DNA of 62,737 nucleotides, filler included, from Globobulimina sp. (GCA_003354225.1; 7 parts of 7 records of this genome joined end to end with filler, not necessarily neighbours in it), one strand, 5' to 3'; positions 44,451 to 56,914 are shown, counted from the whole stretch's first letter. Notes: generated by a model from the sequence alone, not told the origin. Numbers and translations: made by a program.

Positions 44451-44862
44451 ATGACACAGCTGAACAAAGAACATAAAGAGGCCACAAATGAACTCACATA
44501 TTTAGCTTTAGAACGGTGTCATGGAAATGGTACTGAAATAATTATTGTGCCCAAAGAATTTGTACTACTTTATCGTATTGGTGGTCGTGGAACAGCACGC
44601 TATGAAAGATTTGAGGTTATTATCTTTTTTGACAAAGCCAAATATATAAAAACAATGTATTACTAACAAGACTCTATGGACAGGATCTCAATACTCTTTA
44701 TCTTCGTTGATTAAACACATGGACGAGTCAGTATACAGGAGTGCGTGGATAAATAATTATGGCGATTTGAAAACTATTTTCGATGAATTAAAATCATCAC
44801 CAAAACGTTTACAAGAGATTAATAAAAAAAAAGTTGAACAGTTACCCAGATTATCAAAGTGA
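44451..44862 (+). CDS. Small 118-aa protein, 2 exons (44451-44615, 44671-44862), weakly chromodomain-like
   Basis: A 55-nt GT-AG intron with TACTAAC near the acceptor joins ...RYERFE|TLWTGSQYSLSS...LSK* in frame. Confidence 0.5.
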
Positions 44863-44990
44863 AATGTGGCGTGTAAGCATCTTTACCAACAAAAAAAAAA
44901 AAAAAAAAAAAAATTTTTTTTTCAGTTCCCTCACTCCCATTTTTTTTTTTGTGTTGTTTTGTGTTTTTTTTTAATATCCTATAAACTACT

Positions 44991-45090
44991 NNNNNNNNNN
45001 NNNNNNNNNNNNNNNNNNNNNNNNNNNNNNNNNNTTAATTAATTAANNNNNNNNNNNNNNNNNNNNNNNNNNNNNNNNNNNNNNNNNNNN
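44991..45090. other. Artificial contig spacer
   Basis: N44-TTAATTAATTAA-N44. Confidence 0.99.
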
Positions 45091-48000
45091 AAAATGCTCA
45101 TCATCTTCATAAAAATGCTCTAAATATCTTATATTACATTTCTGTAAATTTTTGTTTGTCGGCACAAAATTGTGTTTATTATCATCATCTTCATCAAAAT
45201 ATGCTAAATAACCATATTTAATGGACCCAGCAATACCATTTTTAGCATCATTGTCTCCTAATCCTCCATTTACAGTCAATAGATTCTCCAGTTGATAATT
45301 ATCAATATTTATTTGGTTGGCAATAACTAAAATTGAACCACCCGAACCTCCGTCACCAAATTGAATTCCATTACCACCGTTGCATGTTATTTTGCAGCCT
45401 TGTTTCATTATTAAATTTTCGCACAAAATAACAATTTTACCTCCTCCATCTCCACCGTTACTTCCAATTTCTTCAACACAATCGCCACCAATCCCAATTG
45501 AATATTCATTTTCATTTAACAAACTAATCTCAAAATCCAAAGCGTAAATAATTTGTTTTTCTTCATCATTGTATACTGCGCCTTGTAATCCACATTCGTC
45601 CATTGAAATTGCACTATTTTCATCAATCAATATATTTCGTTTGCAAACAATTGTACATTGACCAATAATATTATTTTCATGCTCAGCATCATATTTATAT
45701 TTTGTACAGCTAACAGTAGATTTATTACTGATCCATAAAGATGAAACATATAACACTTTATAATTACGTTCAAATGTTGTACTTCGCGTAATTTTCCAGT
45801 TAAATGCTTTAATTTTCAATTTGAAATCGCGTAGTTTGTATCTCCATATTCGTATATTACTTTTACTCCCATCATGAAACATATATTGATATTTCACCTC
45901 CATATTGAGATAAATAGTTAAATGTTGAACATTATTATCAAATTTTCTTTGATCAATATACTGTAAAATCAAATTCGTGTCAATTAACATTGGTTTTCCT
46001 TGTTTTGTTGTGAATTTTTTGATGACTTTAGTGTCTTTATTATATTCATACACTATTTCCATTTTACACATTCTTGGTTGATATTTCGAACATAATTGTT
46101 CTGATCGATCGGCGCTTTCTATCCAAGTAATCTTACCATCATTAATAAAATTAAAAAATTGGCTGCCAATAATCATTTCAAATATTGCCGCTTCGTTTGC
46201 ATTATGATATTTATGGATATATGTTGCAATTTGATAATGTTGGCATTTGAAAAAAATAAATTCAAATAAACTCATCTGTTGCAAGCATTGTTGAGGTGAA
46301 AATAAATTAACTCTGTTAGTAAATGCTTTATCGCGAAGTATATCTTCTAAACACGACACAATCCAATTTGATTGGAAATATGTTGATACATTATTGAACG
46401 GATCAGGATCTTTATCAATTGATAATATTATACTTTTCAAACTGGATGATTGATGTTGAATATTTTTGGAAAATACCATACTTTTTTGAATCATAACTTT
46501 TGGATTCATCAATAACACCTCTTTTTCCATATGGTGGCAACTTATCCATTCCACTTCTAAAGCATTCATATTTTTGTCGTTAATATCTTGATTTATTTGT
46601 AAAATCATTCCTGACGTACCAGCAAATGTTCTGGCTACTGACTCGGCCCACGTCGTGGATAATATTCCATAAAATTGGCGTACTAATTGTTTGGTATCAA
46701 ATAAGCGGTTTAAGCCATGATAGAGCGTAACGTTCGATATAAAAGCATTTGAATTATACAATCTATTCGCCATTTCAATTTTAATATACACTGTTTGGAA
46801 GTTGGTAGCCCAATGAATAAATTGTGATCTTCTATTTGCATCAGCACTCGTTCGAAACGCATGGCGGAAATTACTCTGCAAATCATTGGTGTCGGTGTAC
46901 ATTTTAATACATAAAAGGTCATAAATGTCTAAATTAAAACTATTTTTATTTTTTCTGGTTTTTGATAGAATGTCTGATGCATAATGTATCGCACCATACA
47001 TATCAGTGTCGACTGGGAAAAATTCATTCTGTAACCATTCTTCTTTCAAACTATAAAATTTTGCTGTTACATTCCAATCAATGACATGGTTTCCAAAATC
47101 TAATTCAATGAGATTCCTTTTAATTGCTTTGTTATCTGATGGATATATCGTATATTTAGAGATACTGCTTTTCAATTTATAATATTCAGTAATGGCAGTT
47201 ATCTTATTTTTTATTGATACACTATTTTGAAAATAATGATAAATATTTGATTGAGCATCGTTATCCGGATGCATATCATCGTAAATTGCCTCTGAATCAT
47301 ACTGTTCCTCGTCACAAAATTCACATAAAGTGCGATTATACAAAGTATCTTTGAATAACACAATCTTTTCAAATTTTAATTGTGCGGTGAGAGCATCATC
47401 TATGTCTGGTGTTAACCTCTGGTCTTTTTGTCCTTTATGAAACAAACGAATATGTATTAAATCTAATAATTCTATTTTACTGTTGGTTACAGCATCAAAT
47501 TGCAATCCTGATATCGATGACATAGATGACAGTTTCTCTTTTCTTCCTGGAGACTGTGACCTTGTTCCTAGAGTTTCGACCGCGTTGTTTAAAATATTAC
47601 AATAATGTTTTAGTTTACATCCATAAGCTTGTATAAGTTTGTCTGAATCTGCAATTTGTTTGTTTTTAATATCAAATAACATATCCATTAATTGTGATAT
47701 GTCCATTTCCTTATCAATAATATCAAATAATTGTTCCAAACTGTTTGCAATAAATGAAGGCTTTGGTGCGCTAGAAATTACGATTACTATTTGTTTCTCT
47801 TCGTCTTCGCTTTCCGCTGCATTCATGATTTTTTCATATTGATTCATAATGTCCATAAACTTTTGTACTTTTTCTTTTTCATTCGTTTTTCTTTCTGCTA
47901 CGATAATATCCGTTTGTTTTACATCCAAAGGAGTTATGTTGCTTAAAATATAATTTTTAATGTGTTGCTTCCATTCAATGTGCTTAATATTTTGAGGGAT

Positions 48001-51000
48001 TTGATCTAAAAAACCATTGACTGCATATTCTAGCAACAATTTACCCGGATTCTAAATATATTATGTTACCGTTTGCAATTTTTATATAATTATAACGAAT
48101 AAATTTTTTACCTGTTGAGAGTTTTCTGCTTTCTCTTTCTGCTCAGTATCATGACAATGGTGACATGCACATCGTAACTTGATAATTGACATATTTTCAA
48201 TATCATTGTTATTAATAAACTCCAACCATACCATGCAATATAATTTTGTCATATTATTAAAAATATTGATATTAATTGTTGGTAAATTAACCAAAATTCT
48301 GCTCATAACACTTATATCTACATTCATTAAAAAATCATAGAACAGAGAGATGTTTGTTTCATCGATGATATGGTATAAAGACAAGAAATATTCAAATACT
48401 GGCGGGGTAATTAAAGGTTTAATTTTTATTACATTGTTTTGAAATTGCGCCAAAGTTTCATCATCTATTACTTTATCAAATTGCAACACGGTCATTAATT
48501 CTGATGCAGCATGCTTTAAATCAGTGGACTCCTGTTCAATTTTTATGGTTGTAATGGTAGGAGTAATCGCAATAAATATGTCATCAAATTCTGGACCAAA
48601 CATGTAAAGCGGGGTAAATATTCCAGACACAGCAACTCTAAATACAATGCCTTGATATCTATTACCAGTTTTTCTCGAGAAATTAACTATTTTCTCAATA
48701 TCCACACTAAAAATGATCGGTGCTCTACATGAAATCTGTGAGTTTAAGATGGTATATCCAATTCTCGTTTCTTCTTTTAAATCTTCATAAATTGAACAAA
48801 CGTGTTCAACATTGCATAATTTATTATAAAAGTGGAAAAAACCAGGCTGTGTTTTCAATAGATTTTGGTTGAACAACATCCGAAAAGTTGGAAATTTTAA
48901 AAAAATAATTAACGCAAAAATATCTTCAACGAGAAAATACGTGCTGTCATGCTGATGATATGTTGCTTTTCTTCGTATCACGTCCAATAAAAATGGGTCA
49001 AACCAAAAGTTTGAATTGTGTTCATATTCATGACTTAATGTGATGTGCTCAGTTGTATTCGTATTATTTGTTCTCGGATCAACGATTAATGTGTTATTTT
49101 GATAATGTTCATGTACAGATACTAATAATTCTCCGTAATTGATTTCATTCCATTCATTGTCCATGCTAAACAAACCAATTCTTTCTCCAACCACATCTAA
49201 TAAATCTTTACTGTCCACACGGTCTTTGATACGGCAGCAAATTCTACAGAATCTGCAGAAAACAGTACAACGATCTGAACACATATCATCACACTTATCA
49301 CATATTTCCTTTGTTATTTCATGATAAATGTCTTCTGGGAAATGTGGGAATTCGCTTTCGAATCTGTCTTCAATTTGATCAACGGAAAACCAGCTAAATG
49401 GCTGATATGTAGCAAATGTATTTGTTGCATTTGTACGCATTGCATAGAAATTGTCCCTTTGCTTGAGATCAAGATGGTGATATTGTTTGGGTAATGTTAA
49501 ACTATGTGGAAACGTAAAATCAGCAACATGCAGATTAATATATTGAACCAGTAAAATACTAAAAACCCATATTTTGTACACATCATTCCATCCAGGAATA
49601 CAAACGACAATTAATAGAATCTATGTAAGCGGATTAATAGATGTATGGGAAACAAAAAAAAAATTACCACGTGTACATACCAACATCATTGATCGACTCC
49701 AATACAAACAATAATTAATGTCAACACGATAAAAATAAGCGATACATGTAACCATAACCATCAATACTGATTGACTGATCTCCAAAATAGTTGTTGAGCC
49801 CTTAATTGAATGTTCATCATTCAAATTGATTGTTACGGATAATATAAGCGTCAACTGGGAATACAGTGATACGGTTATAATCCAATATGAATCATTTACA
49901 CAATTTCTAATGCTATCCATCATCTGAAAAGACCATAAAAACATACATATTTCCAATTGAATTAAATAAAAAAATGCACAATCATCATCAGTCAATGTGC
50001 CAATAAGATATTGATACGTAAATATAAAATGAATTATCGTTCCCAACAATGTACACAAACCATTCAGCAATACATATGGTATTAATTCTGTTTTTGAAAT
50101 GAAAATACGATTAATGATTGAGGTGAATGACGACAAAACAGAGAATACATTATAAATTGGAAAAATACTAATTTGCGCAGCACAACAATGTCTTCCACAA
50201 ATACCTTTTAAAGACCCACAACAACAGTTCATACATAAGAAACAAGCACAGCAACAATCATAGCAGCAACATTTACAACGGCAACACCCAACTTGGCAGC
50301 AATAAAAACAGAAACTGCATCCTTGGAATATGTATGAAACTGCGTCGCCAAATATTTTTGCCGCGAAACCCAACCACAAGACATAATTTACCAACACTCC
50401 AACACATATTATCAAAATTAGAAGAAACCAATTGCAAAATTGTAGTGAGACTATACTTTTCTGATTATAATCATACGAATCTATATGGTATTTACGAGAT
50501 AAGTATTGTTCCACACACATAGAATCTCGAAAATAAAGAAAACCAAATGGATTATGCTCTTTTTGTATGATAATGATCTCAGTTAATCCCCATTCCGAAT
50601 TATATTCACCGTTTATATTAAGCAAACTATCATAAAATGAACCATCAAATGATATAGATCCATAATCAGTGAATGATGTTTGGCAATTTTGGGTGCAATA
50701 CCAAGCATTGTGGTGTGAATTATCAATATAAAGTGATGACAGCATCCATTTATCATCACCTTCAAAATATATCTTACTTTCGTAATCACTAAACATTTGA
50801 GGTAAGTCACTGATAATACTTCCTCTGTCGTTACCATTATATCTCGCTACGTAATATATTGCCAACATATATGGATCTGCATCAAGATGCATTGGAATTT
50901 TTATATTATGATACGTCGATCCGTATAGATAATGAAATATTTGCTCCTCATCTATGCCAACGTTAATATTTTTATCAATTGCAATATCATTGGAATGACC

Positions 51001-52761
51001 AGATAAATCAAACAATGTATTACCTTCAAAACCATTGTTTACATCATACCAACTAACAATATCCTCTTCAAACGATTGACTCCAACGATCACATTCATAC
51101 ATTTTGGCTGAATGTTTTTTATTATCATACGATATATCATCAATACTAATTATACTATCATTGGTTGCATGAGTACTATTTGTATTTGCATCATTCAGTG
51201 ACAGATTGTATTTGTTCATTACAAAGTTTTCCATGCACTCGATTTGTGACAAAGATAGTTGTCGTGAAAATAATATTATTGTAGCAATTGCCCAATCTGA
51301 TGTATTCAAAATATTAATTCCCCAATCTATTAAATTATCAACTGAGTCTACTGAACCTTCATTTTGATTGTCTGTTATCGTATGCTTGTACATTGTTGTT
51401 TGTTGTGACCTGAATATTTTTGGCGAATCAACATTAATAATCCATAGATCCTCATAGTATGGTCTTCCCATTTCTGGACATTGTGGCGTTCCTTCACCCA
51501 TTCGGACGTATGCTGTAGAAAACACATTCGGATCAAATATAAATATCAAGTCAGTATAATACAATGATATAGCATCATATGCAGTGTATGCAGGATTTTC
51601 ACATTTAGCACTTGTATTGGCTCCCGTTCCTATATCCACACAAAAATATTCAAACAAATAATTTGCACCCGGATCCCTGTAATTATATTTGACAAATAGT
51701 TGCTCGATGGTTATTTCTGTGTTTTCAGAGTTTATTTCAAATCCATATGGCACCGGATTAGCTTCCAAAGTAGTGTCACATTGAGATGTTGTCATTGTAT
51801 CTGAAATATCACACGAATAGGCAATATTTACATTGGTTGGATACACAGTACATTGATAACGTAACGTAGACCAATATAAAGTCATATTTACAGCATATGA
51901 TAGTGAGCTATATTGCGACTCAGACCATTTAAAACCAAATGCCAATGGTACTGCATTCGAATACGTTAATGTTGGTTTAGGTGTCGTGTACATTATTGTT
52001 GGTTCCAATGTAGGCTCTAATATAGATTCTAATGTAGGTTCTATTGTAGGCTCTAAAGTAGATTCTAATGTTGGTTTAGGTGTCGTATAAATTATCGTTG
52101 GCAGTAAAGCTGGTTGTGTAGGTTGAGCTGTGGTTGACTTATTTAACAACTTTGGTTGTAATGTATGATTTGATGTTTGATTTACCCGCGTTACCGTAGG
52201 TTGTAATGTAGGCTCAAAGGTTGGTTTAATTATTGGCTGCAGTGTGGGATCTAAACTAACAACAGACGTAGGTTGAGTAGATTGATTAGGTTGAGTAGGC
52301 TCTGAAGTTTCAGTGAGATTAAATCTTTTATGATAAATGACATCAGTTTCAGCATCTTTGAATCCAAATACCCAGTTACTGTCATTTGATACAAATATTG
52401 TATTTCTGTCATTTCCATTATATCTCGCGAGTGTTATTATGCTATAAGCATTTTCATGTAAAATTAATGATAATGGCATGTTAATGGAGTCAAATTTGCT
52501 GCCATAAATGTATAAATTCATATCACGTTTGGAAAATAATCCCAATTTCATTCTGTTGGCAATGTGGGACGAATTAATATTATTATTATGTATGGAATAA
52601 TCAAACCATTCTTGTTTAGCAATATCAAAAGACTCTCCATCAAACCAACCGTTGATATCATCATATTGTATGTCACACATTTGTATTGATCTCAGCTCAG
52701 TCTCCGTTACATCTATATATCGGATACATTTTCTAGGTTCATTTCCTTTGAAAACCAACAT
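45091..52761 (-). CDS. >2500-aa membrane protein: two LamG/ConA-like ectodomains, Pro/Thr stalk, ~7-8 TM helices, ADP-ribosyltransferase-like domain, Gly-rich beta domain; exons 52761-49681, 49620-48112, 48051-<45091 (3' partial, 5' end uncertain)
   Basis: Two 60-nt phase-0 GT-AG introns (49680-49621, 48111-48052) fuse three ORFs. Repeated ARYNGNDR block; ART motifs LYHG, LSTT, EKEVLL; GGGKIVI...GGSGGSILV. Confidence 0.8.
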
Positions 52762-52938
52762 GTTTCATGGGTATTGCCTATGCGTGGCGTAAACCAAAAC
52801 ACCGAACCATGAATCTGTACAGCATATTTAATCTGAAAAGCAGTGCCTTCAAATTGTGTAAAAACATGGTCCGTTGTTTTGGTTTCTGAGCTCAGCGGTA
52901 TGATTTGCAATTTTGCATATAATAGAAAGGAAAACATG

Positions 52939-53361
52939 TTAACTTTGGCGAAATTGCGTATGAATTGGGTTGTTGATATATTTGACAGTTGCATTAGGTC
53001 TCTCATTCATTGATAAACCAATAAAAACACAGAATATAATAAACATAATACACATCGGTGTAAACATAATATTATATCTTTGTTTACGATGATTTAAAAC
53101 GTATTCTTTTCTGTACTTCCAAATTGGACAACGATTCTTACGGTTTCCATCGGCTTGATGGTATAGATTGACAATTATTCCATCTTCACGATCGTTTAAC
53201 GTATATTCAATGTATTTCGATGCCATCGATGGAAAGTCTTGTATATGCTTGGAAGCTGGTTCTGTGCGTAGTAAGATCTCTTTTTCATCATTGTTTAATG
53301 AAGTGGTGCGTCCAGATTCGCGTATGTACAATTCAAGCTGTTGTGCATATTTATGGCTCAT
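52939..53361 (-). CDS. Short ORF with a TM/signal-anchor; possible 5' part of the downstream receptor-ART gene
   Basis: Hydrophobic IMFTPMCIMFIIFCVFIGLSM. No clean in-frame splice to 52761 was found. Confidence 0.4.
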   Translation of the reverse strand: MSHKYAQQLELYIRESGRTTSLNNDEKEILLRTEPASKHIQDFPSMASKYIEYTLNDREDGIIVNLYHQADGNRKNRCPIWKYRKEYVLNHRKQRYNIMFTPMCIMFIIFCVFIGLSMNERPNATVKYINNPIHTQFRQS

Positions 53362-53532
53362 TACATTATTCACATTTGGGGACTAAGGTTCAAAAACTCT
53401 TAATTGAAATACCTGACAACTCTTGGCAGTGTTGACAGAGAACTTTTAGTTAGACACAATTAGTCTGATATATGATGTTACATCATTGATGAATCAATCA
53501 CAAGTACTAGATCGAGTGCAGTTTAATTTTAA

Positions 53533-53869
53533 TCATAAATCTCCTTTGAGATTATCATATTCAATGTCAACTTTATATGATTTCCTATAGACGCCATCTT
53601 TGTTAATCACACAAACACGAACAAATCCTCCCGAATATCCATCACGGAATGTGGCACGAGTTAGAGCTGTGTTATTGTTTTGTTTAAATGAGTAATGAGT
53701 GCAAGGAGACAAACATTTTACATACCATTAATACAAAATTGTACAGCTTCGTTTCGATTCATGTTTTCCTTCCATGTGGAATCACAATATCCATAAATAT
53801 ATGTTGAGCCACTGCCGGCAATGGACCATTTTTGTTTAACCATCGAACCGCCCAAAGCCAAGGCATAGA
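53533..53869 (-). CDS. PSMB6: 20S proteasome beta1 subunit, C-terminal part (5' partial; intron 53725-53667)
   Basis: LGGSMVKQKWSIAGSGSTYIYGYCD...|ALTRATFRDGYSGGFVR; missing from the ORF track. Confidence 0.9.
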
Positions 53870-53969
53870 NNNNNNNNNNNNNNNNNNNNNNNNNNNNNNN
53901 NNNNNNNNNNNNNTTAATTAATTAANNNNNNNNNNNNNNNNNNNNNNNNNNNNNNNNNNNNNNNNNNNN
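53870..53969. other. Artificial contig spacer
   Basis: N44-TTAATTAATTAA-N44. Confidence 0.99.
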
Positions 53970-54258
53970 CAAATACGTGCCTGGTTACGAGAATATTATC
54001 GCTGATTATTTATCAAGAAATGGTCTGTTCAAAGAACATACCGAGAACAGCATAATTATAAATGAATCGAGAGAAGAGCGCAAGGCTCAAACACATGACA
54101 TTTTGTCATTATACTTAACGCATTTTGAGAGGCAGATTGTAACAGATTCAGGGCACGATAATGCCGCATTGGTCGACGATGCCAAATCACTTCCACGGCA
54201 CGTAATTAATCACAAACGGTATGTCTATTCACATTTATTTGCACATTACAAAGTATAA
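53970..54258 (+). mobile_element. LTR retrotransposon (Ty3/gypsy-like) pol fragment: end of RNase H
   Basis: KYVPGYENIIADYLSR matches the YxPGxxNxxADxLSR motif. The frame stops at 54258 with no integrase. Confidence 0.7.
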
Positions 54259-56914
54259 AAGCCACATCACACTCATAACCCGCACAGATATCGATATAAA
54301 TCAACCGGAACAACAACAATCAATATTTTCACAATCAGACTCTGCTGAATATGAAGACTCTTTGCTCCCTGACACCTCTCCTTTATGTAACGTAATACCA
54401 CAAATGGACTGCAACTCCAACCAAAACGATCGCTTTCCATTACCATTCGATAAACCATTGTCCGCACAACTGCAATGTCATCAAAATACATGTCGCTCTC
54501 CACCCTCTATGGTAAATATACGTATATATATACTCTCAATCGCATAAATATAAAATTATAAATTACAGCCAGGCCAACTCATTATAAGTGGTGAAACATT
54601 CGAAGCAGGTCGAACCATTCTCGATATCCAACAAGAAATCCCCATTAAATGTCATACCAAACATTTGCATTCCATCAAAGTGCAACGAAATGGTTATTAC
54701 AATAACGAAGACTGGAAATATTGCATAAGAATCTCAAACGATGACACCTTACAAACATTCCCCGTGTTACATGTCTCTTTCTCTTTAATTTCATTCGATA
54801 TCGAACAAGGCTTTGATAACTTATTCATAACCACGCAATTCAATGATATCTATGACGATTATGCTGAAGTATGGACTGGAAACTGGTCCACTTTACATAG
54901 ATTCGAACCGAATACATGGTATCAGAACTTTTGGATGACCTCAGCGGCACCAAATGCTTTTGCTGAATTCTGTTTGAGGTTACAGTCGGATGAAAGCATT
55001 GTTGGTCGAGGATTTGTGGCTAAATTCAGCATCACGCAGGAAATGGGCTTTTGGAGTGAATGGAGTCTATGCACAGCACATTCAAACAGCAAAAGTATCG
55101 CCAATGGCGCGTGTGGTGTCGGTGTGCAATCGCATGAGTCTTATTGCCCAGCGGATATTGTAGAAAACACAAAAAATGATAATGATGACAGATTTGATTG
55201 GAGCAATGGTACGCATTCCTGTATTAATAAATACTCAAATTATCCATTAAATAAATATTGCATTGTCGCAGCTTGTAATGATATCGACAATGATAAGTAC
55301 GCACCCATAGATATTGTGCAATCATCCCAAAAAAGAGGCAACTGGGATAATATTGGTACGTATATCTATAACGGCAGAACACGAATTGACCCACAATACG
55401 CCGATCCATTCAACATTATAATGAACACTAAGCGTTATAAGATTGATTTAAACGAACTGCGAAATAATTTACAGTCAGAGATCGATAATGTTTTATCCCG
55501 ATACCCTGAGCCATCACAAAACTTATTTGCTGAAACCTTTAATATGGAATCCCCACAAATTGAGAAATTGGGCGTGCGATTGTTGTCGTCATTGTTGTTG
55601 GGTCGCATATTTACGTTTGTCACCACAGGAAGCAGCAATACAGCGGGTCATGATAATGTATTCATGTCTGCGTATCCAATGCAGCTTCAATCATTAATGC
55701 AGGTAATATGGAACAAATATAGTGTATATGGCGGAGGTTTTCGTGTTCGTAACCAGGCAGTTGGTGGACATTTGGGTACACCCAAGCAAGGACCATGCAT
55801 ATCTGCATTGATTGGCACGTATGACAAGAATATTGATATTGTGTCGTGGGAATCTTTCATGAATGATGGTACAAAAATCAATCCTTCCTTTGAAGAAATA
55901 TGGTTAAGAAATATTTTACTGACTTATAATAACTCGCATTCTCAGCCATTTCTTTCTTGCGTGTCCACCAATGACAAGCCGCAGGCTGGCTGCAGAACCA
56001 ATGGCGGACGATATGTATTCAACTCATTTCTTGGACACTATGCAAATGCAACGGGGGTCTCCAATTATTATGGGCAATATGTCTGTAATGCGTATGAGAT
56101 ATGCAATGATACTCAGTTGTTGGATGCAGAGGATAATAATATAAAATGTGTGGATAGACCAGGCAATGAAGCGTGTACCGCAGCACATGTTAGTTGGCAT
56201 CCGTCGCCACATAGACATCGCGTGATGGCAGAAACATTTGCTGTTACTTTTATGCGTGCGGCGGTAGATGCAATTGATCGGTTATATGATAATATCAATG
56301 ATATTATTGTCAAAAGCGATTATTATCCATCCTATGGATTGGCGTGTTTGTTAGAAGAAGGTGTAAGTGCTGGATTTCAACGACCATTGACAAAGCCGAT
56401 AAAATGCCCAGCGGAGATATGTGAGCATGGAATGTGGTGTGCCATATCATTTTGGCCAACACCAAAACATAACCAGTTGCATAGATATTTTGTAAATGCA
56501 AACGGTTTTTATAATAATGATACGATTGATTTGCCGGTGGATCCGTTAGTTATGAGAAATGGTGGGAGAGCTTCAATTGATCATAAAGCACAATGGCTTG
56601 CTGATCGATATCAAATTGGTGCATTCTTGGAGATATATATTAAAGTTCCGACAAGGTATATTATGATTGTATATCCGCAGGGAACTTCCAGAATTGCAGT
56701 GGTTACTTATTTTGATGCGTTTCAATTTTTAGTCAATGGAATTGAGAAACAATGTGAAGGCACAGCATATGATGTGAAAATGTCGTCTTTTTGTTTATTA
56801 GATTGTGAGAAACCGGGTAAATATATATTAAAACTAGTGCTTGTTAATGATACAAATCCTGCACTCGATGATAAACAAACACAATATGCCATTGATGAAA
56901 TTGCTGGTATTTGA
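54221..56914 (+). CDS. CUB + thrombospondin type-1 + SGNH hydrolase-like protein (5' end uncertain; intron 54512-54568)
   Basis: CUB: YYNNEDWKYCI, FDIEQGFDNL, QSDESIVGRGF. TSP1: WSEWSLC...CGVGVQ. SGNH: TGSSNTAGHD, RNQAVGG, WESFMND, WHPSPHRH. Confidence 0.8.

Larger units (their letters stand above)
36185..44990 (+). mobile_element. Candidate large DNA transposon interior (termini not identified)
   Basis: Transposase-like gene plus three co-oriented nucleic-acid/chromatin-type genes; contig-specific 9-bp repeats in the non-coding DNA; no housekeeping genes. Confidence 0.45.

Noticed and set aside
36185-44990. Terminal inverted repeats at the contig-5 ends
   Set aside because: Similarity is limited to poly-A/poly-T low complexity; no convincing TIR or TSD.
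52713-53006. 97-aa ORF as a bridging exon of the receptor-ART gene
   Set aside because: No phase-compatible GT-AG path to the 52761 frame was found; the 5' structure is left unresolved.
9007-53969. Recurring TTAATTAATTAA flanked by N runs as a biological repeat, and gene linkage across them
   Set aside because: Identical 100-nt artificial spacers between size-sorted contigs; adjacency across them is meaningless, and ORFs ending in X runs are artefacts.
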